From: an uncultured Gemmatimonadales bacterium
GTDB taxonomy: Bacteria; Gemmatimonadota; Gemmatimonadetes; Gemmatimonadales; GWC2-71-9
Length of the DNA stretch: 64,000 nt
Direction: 5' to 3'
Assembly (NCBI GenBank): GCA_963795085.1
Contig: CAWCFX010000001.1
Location: forward strand, 384,001-448,000
Positions 40,315 to 48,600 of the stretch are shown one piece after another. The notes under the pieces were generated by a model that saw nothing but the letters and a program-made list of their open reading frames with translations, was not told where the DNA came from and did no database searches. Positions within the stretch are counted from its first letter, which is position 1. Every line of letters begins with the position of its first letter. The translations under genes were made by a program, and so were the position numbers.

Positions 40315-42521
40315 ACGTCGGGCGCTGGTCGATTATCTGCCTCATAGCGTTCCCTGTGTCCCGGGCGAATGCTCAAACGTACACCGTGCGGGGAGTAGTA
40401 ACCTCTGAAGAGGATCGGGCACCACTGCGAAACGTGAGTGTTCGTACAGTCCTATCTCAGATTGCCGGGGCGACCGATCGATTCGGAAGATTCGCTCTTC
40501 AAATGCAGGCTGAGCAGGATACACTGATCGTAGCATATATCGGACGGTCGCCGGTACGAATTGCCATTAACCGGGACAGCGGTGTGCTGCTCATATCCCT
40601 CAGGGCTTCTGCTATTCCCCTTAATGACGTTGTGGTCTCGGCAGGTGGGTCACCAAGCAAGCTACACGGAGTGAACCGTTGGGAGTTGCCAGCCGCTGCG
40701 CTTCGGTTGGTCCCTTCAGCAATTGAAGTGGATCCGTTGCGATCCCTTAGCCTTATACCGGCCGTTACATACTCAACTCCGCTTTCATCCCGCCCCATCA
40801 TTCGAGGCTATGACGCGGACCATACCAGTATACGGCTGGACGGGTTCGACATGGTGAATCCATTTCATATCGGGAGGTTCTTTGGGGCGCTGCCAGCGGA
40901 AGCGGTTCAACAGGTGGCAGTTGGGAGTGCCCCACTCGAGGCGGGCGTGGGTGGGACCGTTGCGGGGATCATTGATGTGACTGGTCGCGTTGGTCCGACC
41001 GACTCAACACGCGGGGGTACAAATCTGAGCCTCATATCAGCCTCTCCCTGGATGAGCGGGGGCCAGCGGTCTTCGTGGTTTGGTGCTGGTCGGTTCGTGC
41101 ATCTCTCCGCACTTGATCACGTTACCAGTTCAAGTATCCCGTACAATTTCCAGGATATTTACCTGGGCGGATCACTCGCGGGTGACGAAGGTCAACGGGT
41201 GAGAGTTACAGCGTTCGGGTCCCGCGATGACCTGTTCGATCAGGATGATGGTGTGGGGATGAAGTGGAGCAATGTTCTCCTCGGCGTGCGGTCCCGAGTC
41301 TGGGAAACACCTGGCATAGCATTGGATGTTGCCGGTGTAACCACCAGGTTCGCCGAGAAGGCTTCTAATGTCGGAGCCAGGTTCGCCCATATCGATATCG
41401 AGAATCGCTTTGGGCGTACGGGTGCAAACACAGACCTTACGCTTCGGAGCAGGAGAACCAGCTTCGGGTTTGGCGCGGGATTTTACCGGCGCGCAATCAA
41501 GAACCGGATACACCTGAGGTCTGGAGAAGGGTTCGGGGAGCAGGATACTGATATCACAACCTCTGAAATCAACGGCTATGCTCAACTGGAGCAGTCCGTC
41601 GGGGGTGCAACCGTTCAAATTGGGCTGAGAGGCGAAGCATCACCCTCCGTCACCTCGTGGCAACCAAGAGTTAGGATCCACCTCCCATTGGGATCTAATC
41701 TAGGTTTGGGCGTTGGAGTCGGGCGTACTGCCCGATTATTTCACCTGATCTCGGACCCCAGATCAGAGCCAGATGTTGCCTTTTACGATTTTTGGCTGTC
41801 AGCCGGCGAGGGCGGCATTCCGCTGCCGCGCATAGATCACGCTTCTCTGGATCTTAATTGGATAAGGTCCCGCGTTGGCCTCAGAGTGTCTGGCTTTGGC
41901 TCGAGAGGGGAGGGCATTGGTGAGTTACGCCCGACCACAGACCATACAGTATCCCAGGATCATCAGTTCCGGTTCGGTGAGACCAGGACATTCGGGATTG
42001 AAGCTCAGGCAGGAGCAGCTCTGGGAACCACTGGAGCGAGTTCCGTATCTTTATCCTATGTGCTTAGCTGGAGCGAAAGGAAGTGGGCTGGACAATGGGT
42101 CCCCTGGTCCCAGGACAGACGGCATGTCTTGAGGCTGTTCATTCAGAAACCCATGGGTAGGTGGAAGCTTGTCGGGACGATTGAGGCCGCATCCGGCCTT
42201 CCGCTGACTCCAGTCAGCCAGGTCATCACTACCGGTATTCCAGATTCAACAGGTCAAGGGCGAGAGTCAGAATACATCTTTGGTGCGGAAAATAGTGCGC
42301 GAAGCTCCGGTACGTTGCGCGGCGACGTCGGAGTCACATATGTATTCAAGGGACCGTGGAAGAGTCGTATGTCGTTTGGATTTAGCGTTATGAATGTTGG
42401 CTTTGGTCCAGTGGCCCCCATCGAGGCCAAACCACTAGCCTTCGGCTCAACCGTAGTGAGGTATGAGCGTTTGTTTGACTTGCCGGCCATTCCAACTGCG
42501 ACTTTTAGAATCGAATTCTGA
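40305..42521 (+). CDS. TonB-dependent receptor
   Basis: Signal peptide; N-terminal beta-sandwich; plug DPLRSLSLIPAV...IRG...LDG...NPFH; terminal IEF. Confidence 0.85.
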   Translation: MGLNVGRWSIICLIAFPVSRANAQTYTVRGVVTSEEDRAPLRNVSVRTVLSQIAGATDRFGRFALQMQAEQDTLIVAYIGRSPVRIAINRDSGVLLISLRASAIPLNDVVVSAGGSPSKLHGVNRWELPAAALRLVPSAIEVDPLRSLSLIPAVTYSTPLSSRPIIRGYDADHTSIRLDGFDMVNPFHIGRFFGALPAEAVQQVAVGSAPLEAGVGGTVAGIIDVTGRVGPTDSTRGGTNLSLISASPWMSGGQRSSWFGAGRFVHLSALDHVTSSSIPYNFQDIYLGGSLAGDEGQRVRVTAFGSRDDLFDQDDGVGMKWSNVLLGVRSRVWETPGIALDVAGVTTRFAEKASNVGARFAHIDIENRFGRTGANTDLTLRSRRTSFGFGAGFYRRAIKNRIHLRSGEGFGEQDTDITTSEINGYAQLEQSVGGATVQIGLRGEASPSVTSWQPRVRIHLPLGSNLGLGVGVGRTARLFHLISDPRSEPDVAFYDFWLSAGEGGIPLPRIDHASLDLNWIRSRVGLRVSGFGSRGEGIGELRPTTDHTVSQDHQFRFGETRTFGIEAQAGAALGTTGASSVSLSYVLSWSERKWAGQWVPWSQDRRHVLRLFIQKPMGRWKLVGTIEAASGLPLTPVSQVITTGIPDSTGQGRESEYIFGAENSARSSGTLRGDVGVTYVFKGPWKSRMSFGFSVMNVGFGPVAPIEAKPLAFGSTVVRYERLFDLPAIPTATFRIEF

Positions 42522-42525
42522 TGGG

Positions 42526-42635
42526 TGAATCGCCCCGGCTTTTCCGGAGGCTCGGTTAGTTGAGTCCCACGGCCGCGACCAGGGTGTCGTGAACCTTGAG
42601 GTACTGCGCTTCATACTCCGCCGGGGGCACATAGC
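42526..42635 (-). pseudogene. IS3-family remnant: terminal inverted repeat plus transposase C-terminus
   Basis: End TGAATCGCCCCGG; minus strand reads YVPPAEYEAQYLKVHDTLVAAVGLN-stop. Confidence 0.75.
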
Positions 42636-42802
42636 GGAGATTAAAGATCTGAAAAAGAGCCAAGCCTGGCCACAATCTCGTATGCGGCATTAGGAGGCCG
42701 CTGGGGGAACTGCTGGAACTAACCCGCCTAGCTTGACCGTTCTGCCGCTTGGGTGGGCCAGAAGGGCCGCCCTGTCCGAGAGTGGCCCATATGCCACTAA
42801 AG

Positions 42803-42841
42803 TCCTAAGTCCTGCGCGTCTGCCAGTTCCGCCACGCTCGC
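42803..42841 (-). other. Displaced 5' half of tRNA-Leu (att site)
   Basis: Identical to the tRNA from its 5' end through the anticodon loop. Confidence 0.92.
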
Positions 42842-43091
42842 GAGAGACCCAAATCTAACGTCGAAACACCCTTCGTCCCTGGCCCCGCGGTTCGGGAAAC
42901 CTTCGCTCCGGCCGAGCACCTTCCCGGTCGCCCCCGATAACCTGTCACTCACGTACTACAGATTCGCACTTCACTCCTGAAATCTGCTGGTTCTCCTGCA
43001 CCAGCATACCCGTCATGCTGTACCAGCATGCCCGTCATGCTGATCCAGCGTCCTGGTACACTTCTACAGATTGCCGGGCGGGACCAACAGG

Positions 43092-43539
43092 GGACCGGTC
43101 CGGTCCTGCAGGAGACTACTACCTCATTGTGAGATGACCGTCCGGTCCGACAGGACGCCACTACCTCATTGTGAGGTGACCGGTCCGGTCCGACAGGGGA
43201 CCACTACCTCATTGTGAGGTGACCGGTCCGGTCCGACAGGGGACCACTACCTCATTGTGAGGTGACCGGTCCGGCCCGACAGGAGACCACTACCTCATTG
43301 TGAGGGCGCCGGTCCGGTCCTGCAGGAGACCACTACCTCATTGTGAGGGCGCCGGTCCGGTCCGACAGGACGCCACTACCTCATTGTGAGGTGACCGGTC
43401 CGGTCCGACAGGGGACCACTACCTCATTGTGAGGGCGCCGGTCCGGTCCTGCAGGAGACCACTACCTCATTGTGAGGGCGCCGGTCCGGTCCGACAGGGG
43501 ACCACTACCTCATTGTGAGGTGACCGGTCCGGTCCTGCA
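43092..43539. repeat. 43-bp tandem array, about 10.5 copies
   Basis: CTACCTCATTGTGAG recurs at 43119, 43161, 43204, 43247, 43290, 43333, 43376, 43419, 43462, 43505. Confidence 0.97.
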
Positions 43540-43667
43540 CCTTGCCGGTCCACCATTGAGAGATGTCCGGGTCCCTCCTGCAGGTTGCCAGTACCCAATC
43601 GACCGCACCGTGGTCCATGTCGGTAACTGCTGATGACACAACGACATCAGGCCGCCCCTCGACACAT

Positions 43668-43880
43668 TCAATCCCCTCCGCCATCCCCACCCCCATCGCA
43701 GCCCCCGTCACCCCCGCCATCCGCACCGCCGTCTCCGCCGGTGGTCCACCAGGAGGTGTCTCCTGCTGCCCGAGCCGGCAACAATCCCCGCTTTCGCGCC
43801 CCCCAGCGCAGGGCCGTGATGAGGCCCAGCGCGATCGCGAAACTGCCGGCGAGATAGAGCACCAGGTAGATCACCACCAT
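43668..43880 (-). CDS. Small single-TM protein with Gly/Asp-rich tail
   Basis: GAGGA RBS; hydrophobic N-terminus; GGDGG repeats with one Cys. Confidence 0.65.
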   Translation of the reverse strand: MVVIYLVLYLAGSFAIALGLITALRWGARKRGLLPARAAGDTSWWTTGGDGGADGGGDGGCDGGGDGGGD

Positions 43881-44019
43881 AGTATCCTCTCAGTATCCTT
43901 CCGGCCGAGTATCCGCGCGCATGGCCAACTTCCTCGTGACAGCCCTCACCGTGCCCCGCCGAGGCGAGGGGTAACTTGACGGCGGACCGGAACACCTGAC
44001 TTGAATCTCAGCCAAGCCC

Positions 44020-44985
44020 ATGCCCCGTCAAGCTCTCTATCTCGTTCTCGCGTCACTGGTTACGCCGCTCGGCGCATGCAAGATACCCGCCAGCGCCACC
44101 CCGCCACCCGCCGAAGCCTCCGCCGAGATGACGGCGCTGGCCGGGGCCTCCGTGATGATCGCTACCGGCGACATCGCCTCCTGCGGCTCCGACGGCGACG
44201 AACTGACCGCCGTCCTGGTGGACAGCCTGCTCAAGGCGGACAGCGCCGCCGGTGTCACCGATGTGGTGGCCATTCTGGGCGACAACGCGTACCCCGGCGG
44301 GACCGCCCGGGACTTCGAGCGCTGCTTCACCCCCTCCTGGGGCGACCCGAACAAGAGCATCATGAAGCAGGTGCGGCCCACCCCCGGCAACCACGAGCAC
44401 CTGACCGACATGGCCACACCCTATTACAAATATTTCGGTGACCGGGCCGGGTCTCCCAGCAAAGGCTACTACGCCTACGACCTGGGCGAATGGCGGGTGA
44501 TCGTGCTGAACAGCGAAATGGTCGTGAACAGTTCGTTTGCCTCGGCGGAACAGGACGCCCAGCGGGACTGGCTCCGCAACGAACTCCAGGCCAACCAGAA
44601 GAAGTGCACCATGGCCTACATGCACCACCCGAGGTTCAGTTCCGGCTGGCACGGCAGCGACCTCCGCATGGAACCCTTCTGGCAGATTCTGTACGACGCC
44701 GGCGTGGACGTGGTCCTCTCCGGCCACGACCATGAGTACGAGCGGTTTGCGTCCCAGACACCTTCCGGCGTGGCCGATACCGCCAAGGGCATCGTCCAGT
44801 TTGTCGTGGGGACCGGCGGCGGGGAATTGCGCGGCTTTCGCACCCAGCCGGCCCCCAACAGCATGTCTCGGGTCGAAGGGCACTTCGGGATCCTCAAGAT
44901 GGCGCTGGGCGCCGAAGGCTACCAGTACGCGTTCATTGACACCGAGCGGCGGATCTGGGATCCCGGCGCGGGGGTGTGCCACTGA
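44020..44985 (+). CDS. Calcineurin-like metallophosphoesterase lipoprotein
   Basis: Lipobox LGAC; GD, LGDNAY, PGNHE, HHP, SGHDH motifs. Confidence 0.9.
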   Translation: MPRQALYLVLASLVTPLGACKIPASATPPPAEASAEMTALAGASVMIATGDIASCGSDGDELTAVLVDSLLKADSAAGVTDVVAILGDNAYPGGTARDFERCFTPSWGDPNKSIMKQVRPTPGNHEHLTDMATPYYKYFGDRAGSPSKGYYAYDLGEWRVIVLNSEMVVNSSFASAEQDAQRDWLRNELQANQKKCTMAYMHHPRFSSGWHGSDLRMEPFWQILYDAGVDVVLSGHDHEYERFASQTPSGVADTAKGIVQFVVGTGGGELRGFRTQPAPNSMSRVEGHFGILKMALGAEGYQYAFIDTERRIWDPGAGVCH

Positions 44986-44987
44986 AA

Positions 44988-45161
44988 AGCGTGCAGCGTG
45001 CGGTGTGCAGCGTGCAGCGTGCGGTGTGCAGCGTGCGGCGTGCGGCGTGCAGCGTGCGGCGTGCGGCGTGCGGCGTGCGGCGTGCAGCGTGCGGCGTGCA
45101 GCGTGCAGCGTGCGGCGTGCGGGTGTGAACGCTCCACGCTTTATGCTCCACGCTCCACGCT
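44988..45161. repeat. 19 x 7-bp repeat (RGYGTGC) followed by degenerate complementary heptamers
   Basis: 44988-45120 counted directly; CCACGCT-like units at 45129-45161. Confidence 0.95.
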
Positions 45162-47419
45162 TACCTTGTCAGCGCCGCCGCCGCGGAATCCACCACCGCC
45201 GCCGTCCCTCGCACCGCCGCCGCGACCCGTTCGATCTCCCGATCCGCACGCTGCCACTCTCGCTGCTCGATGGACTCCCGCACGCCGGGCATCGTCTTGA
45301 CCCCATAGCCGGTGTAAAACCCCGGTGCGTAGATCAGGTGCTGGAACCAGGGGCGGTTGGGGAGCCCCTCGCGGCTGGCCAGCGCGCGCTCGCTCCTGAG
45401 GAGAAGCGCATTGACCGCCGCCAGATTTCTTCGGTCGAGGCTTGCGACTGAATCGGACAGCGCCGCCGCGTATGCCTGGTTGAACGACTCGGCCGCGGCG
45501 GTCAGCGCCGCGAGGGCATTCTCCAGCGGCGCGAAGTTAAGGTGCGGGGGCTGGTCCAGCGGCCGGGGGTCACTGGTGGGAACCCGCGGATCGCGGGTGG
45601 CCCGGTGGACACCCTCCTCAAGCTGCATCGTGAGCTCTCGGCTCTCCGCCTGGCGCTCGTTCACCAGCGTCCTGATCTCGCCGAGATAGCGTCCGTAGGT
45701 ATCCGCCTGCCGGGAGAACTCGAACGGCAGCAGCTGGGCGCTGGCCAGCCGCATGACCGCAGTCCCCACCGTCTGGGAAAGCGCCGCCCCATACGCGAAG
45801 GAGGAATCGCTGAAGGTGCTGTACCAGCGGTAGTCGTCATAGATGGAGTGGTAGATCCCGCCGCCGTCCTCGCCGCCGTACCCCAGGTTAAGCGACGCGA
45901 TGGCCAGGTGCTGCAGAAAGGGCGTGAAGTCGGACCCGGATCCCAGGGCGTCGAGGCGCAGGTCGCCGCGGGACCGCGCCTCGGCCCGGGTCTCCGGGTT
46001 GCCTCCCTGGATGGTTCGCAGCTGCAGCCGCTTCCAAGCCGACAACCCCGTCTCCGGATCGGTGATATCGCGTGCCACTTCGTTCATGAACCGCTCCAGG
46101 CTGTGGGAGCCGCCCATGTCGAGATAGCCGCGGCCGTTGCCGTCGGTGTTGAGGTAGGCGACGGCCTTCCGGTCGAGTTCTTCGGCGTGGGTCTCCGCCC
46201 ACTCGGTGGAGCCCAGCAGCCCCTGTTCTTCACCGCCCCAGGCGGCGTAGATGATCGTACGGGCCGGCCGCCACCCCTGGCGGTAGAGCGTTCCCAGCGC
46301 CCGCGCCTCTTCCATCAGCGCCACCTGGCCCGAGACGGGATCCTCGGCGCCGTTCACCCAGGCGTCGTGGTGATTGCCGCGTACCACCCATTGGTCCGGC
46401 TGGGTAGCCCCGGGCAGCCGGGCGATGACGTTATAAACCCGGGCCGTCTTCCAGTCGGACCGCACCTTGAGCCGCACCCGGGCGGGACCCGGCCCGATAT
46501 GATAGGTGATGGGAAGTCCGCCCTGCCAGGCGCGGGGCGCGGTGGCCCCGCCCAGGGCCGCGAGCAGCGGCTGCGCGTCGCCGTAGGAAATCGGCAGGAC
46601 GGGGATCCGCGTGAGGGTGGTGGCCTCGGCGATTGACTTGCGGGGGGCGCCTTCCACGGCGCCGATCCCCGGGGTGAGCGGGTCGCCCGGGTGGAGCGGC
46701 ATATCCATCACGCTTCCCCGCTGGACGCCGGTGCTGGGCCGCCAGGGTCCGTCCGGATAGACGTCCCCGCCATGGTACCCATCGTCCCGCGGATCGGAGT
46801 ATATGATGCAGCCGACGGCGCCACGCTCGGCCGCCAGCTTGGGCTTGATGCCTCTCCAACTGGCGCCATAGCGGGCGATCACGATGGCGCCCTTGACGCT
46901 GATGCCGCGCCGCTCCAGCGAGTCGTAATCCGCCGGGATGCCGTAGTTCACATAGACCAGCGGCGCGGTCACGTCGCCGTCTATGGAGTAGGCGTTGTAG
47001 GAGGGCAGCTGCTCGGACTGCTGGCTTGAGGTCGGGTCTCCCGGCAGGGCCGGCTCGACCAGGCGTGCGCGGAACCGCCGCGGCGCGACCAGTTCCACCA
47101 CCCGCTCGAGCGGCGTCGGGAAGAGCACATCGAACGTCTCCAGTTTCGCATCCCACCCCCAGGAGGCGAGCCGGTCCCGGATCCACTCGGCGTTGGCCCG
47201 GTCGTAGGGGCTGCCCAGGTGGTGGGGGCGCGCCGCGAGGTGCCGCATGTAGGCGCGGAGGCTGTCCCGGTCCGGCAACGCGCGGAACTTTTCTTCCCAG
47301 CCGCGCTGGACCCGCGCCGCCTCGGCGGAGAACCCCCGGATCGGCGGGTCCGCAACGGGGCCACGGGGGAGAACCAGCAGGACGGCGAGCACCGAAAGAA
47401 CCGGCCGCACACGGGTCAT
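45161..47419 (-). CDS. M28 peptidase, glutamate carboxypeptidase II-like
   Basis: PA domain (YVNYG...IARYG), GNHHDAW, EEQGLLGSTEW, GSGSDF, YHSIYD, transferrin-receptor-like dimerisation domain. Confidence 0.92.
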   Translation of the reverse strand: MTRVRPVLSVLAVLLVLPRGPVADPPIRGFSAEAARVQRGWEEKFRALPDRDSLRAYMRHLAARPHHLGSPYDRANAEWIRDRLASWGWDAKLETFDVLFPTPLERVVELVAPRRFRARLVEPALPGDPTSSQQSEQLPSYNAYSIDGDVTAPLVYVNYGIPADYDSLERRGISVKGAIVIARYGASWRGIKPKLAAERGAVGCIIYSDPRDDGYHGGDVYPDGPWRPSTGVQRGSVMDMPLHPGDPLTPGIGAVEGAPRKSIAEATTLTRIPVLPISYGDAQPLLAALGGATAPRAWQGGLPITYHIGPGPARVRLKVRSDWKTARVYNVIARLPGATQPDQWVVRGNHHDAWVNGAEDPVSGQVALMEEARALGTLYRQGWRPARTIIYAAWGGEEQGLLGSTEWAETHAEELDRKAVAYLNTDGNGRGYLDMGGSHSLERFMNEVARDITDPETGLSAWKRLQLRTIQGGNPETRAEARSRGDLRLDALGSGSDFTPFLQHLAIASLNLGYGGEDGGGIYHSIYDDYRWYSTFSDSSFAYGAALSQTVGTAVMRLASAQLLPFEFSRQADTYGRYLGEIRTLVNERQAESRELTMQLEEGVHRATRDPRVPTSDPRPLDQPPHLNFAPLENALAALTAAAESFNQAYAAALSDSVASLDRRNLAAVNALLLRSERALASREGLPNRPWFQHLIYAPGFYTGYGVKTMPGVRESIEQREWQRADREIERVAAAVRGTAAVVDSAAAALTR

Positions 47420-47434
47420 GAAAGGCTCCGGTTA

Positions 47435-47471
47435 GAAGGGGGCAAGGGGGTAAGGGGGTAAGGGGGCAAGG
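47435..47471. repeat. 8-bp repeat (AAGGGGGY)n
   Basis: Reverse complement of the 36729-36759 repeat. Confidence 0.8.
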
Positions 47472-47492
47472 TAAACTCCTGGCCCCTGTCTC

Positions 47493-47699
47493 TCACTCCA
47501 GCGGAATTCCCCGCTCGATGTCCAGGAACGTCCCCAGTTCGGGGATCTCGAGCCGGGCCCGCGCCAGCAGCTGGCCGGTGCCGTCAATCTTGCCGGAACG
47601 GACGGCCGAAAGGACGGCCTCCTCGATCGCTTGCTGGGCGGTGACACCAAATTCCTTCAGGAATCGGCGGATTCCGCCGTCCAGGACTTCCGCGTTCAT
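47493..47699 (-). CDS. Small conserved protein (DUF6494-like)
   Basis: IRRFLKEFGVTAQQAIEEAV motif; AAGGGG RBS. Confidence 0.7.
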   Translation of the reverse strand: MNAEVLDGGIRRFLKEFGVTAQQAIEEAVLSAVRSGKIDGTGQLLARARLEIPELGTFLDIERGIPLE

Positions 47700-47841
47700 G
47701 ATGGCCCCTTCATTAGGTATGTCTGGATATGTCAATCATAAACGGGTCGGGGGGTGACAGCAGTCACCGACCCGATCCCGCCCGGATGGCATTTAGGAGC
47801 GGTGGAATCTGGTCAACCAGCAAACAGGAGCGACGAGAACC

Positions 47842-47970
47842 ATGAGCAAGCTGTTGCGGGGCCTGGCAGCGGGGTACGGGGCGAAGAAACTGGGCGGCGG
47901 CTGCATCAGCACGGTGCTGATCTTCCTGCTGCTGTGGTGGTTGCTGGGGAACTTCGGGATCTTCAAATAA
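47842..47970 (+). CDS. 42-aa small membrane protein
   Basis: Below ORF-track cutoff: MSKLLRGLAAGYGAKKLGGGCISTVLIFLLLWWLLGNFGIFK; AGGAG RBS. Confidence 0.75.
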   Translation: MSKLLRGLAAGYGAKKLGGGCISTVLIFLLLWWLLGNFGIFK

Positions 47971-47977
47971 GGGGGGG

Positions 47978-48588
47978 AGATTTCTACTGGAGACGAGCCC
48001 TGCCTTGAACAACAAAGTCCGAAAAGCAAATATTCAACAAGGCTTATTGGGTCCCGCAGCATAGTACCGGAGACAGGCCCTGCTTTGACACGAAAGCACG
48101 AAAAACAAACAGCAAATGTTTTCCTGTTTTATCGTTCTTCGTGCTTTTGTGATAAGGCAGGCTTGCACCTCTGTACAATCTTTACCTCTCCAGGATCAGG
48201 CTTGCCTCTCCGTACAATTTCTGGCCCCGTGTCCGGTAGGATAGTACTGGAGACAGCCCCTGCCTTGACACGAAAGCACGAAATACAAACAGAAAAGAAA
48301 CTTTTTCTTGTTTTATCATTCTTCGTGCTTTTGTGATCAGGCAGGCTTGCACCTCTGTACAATCTTTACCTCTCCAGGATCAGGCTTGCACCTCTGTACA
48401 ATTTCTGGCCCGGGTCCCGTAGGATAGTACTGGAGACGGGCCCTGCCTTGACACAAAAGCACGAAAAACAGACAGAAAAGAATCGTTTTTCCTGCTTTAT
48501 CATTTCTTCGTGCTTTTGTGATAAGGCAGGCTTGCACCTCTGTACAATCTTTACGTCCAGGATCAGGCTTGCATCTCTGTACAATCTC
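47978..48588. repeat. Array of type A hairpin elements (three ~180-bp units plus a partial unit)
   Basis: Arms CCTGCCTTGACACGAAAGCACGAA / TTCGTGCTTTTGTGATAAGGCAGG. Confidence 0.92.
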
Positions 48589-48600
48589 CACTCCACCACG

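Larger units (their letters stand above)
36810..42844. mobile_element. Genomic island in tRNA-Leu bounded by 42-bp direct repeats; no integrase visible
   Basis: 36810-36851 identical to 42803-42844; interior visibly more AT-rich; IS remnants near both ends. Confidence 0.9.

Noticed and set aside
36960..42635. Active composite transposon
   Set aside because: The two IS3 remnants have different ends, both lack the DDE domain, and no target duplication is seen
42803..42841. Second tRNA-Leu gene
   Set aside because: Only the 5' half is present; no T arm or 3' acceptor strand
43092..43539. CRISPR array
   Set aside because: Units are contiguous with no unique spacers; no cas genes in the window
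44919..45300. Small ORFs with AARCTLH/VQRAAC repeats
   Set aside because: Translations of the heptamer tract
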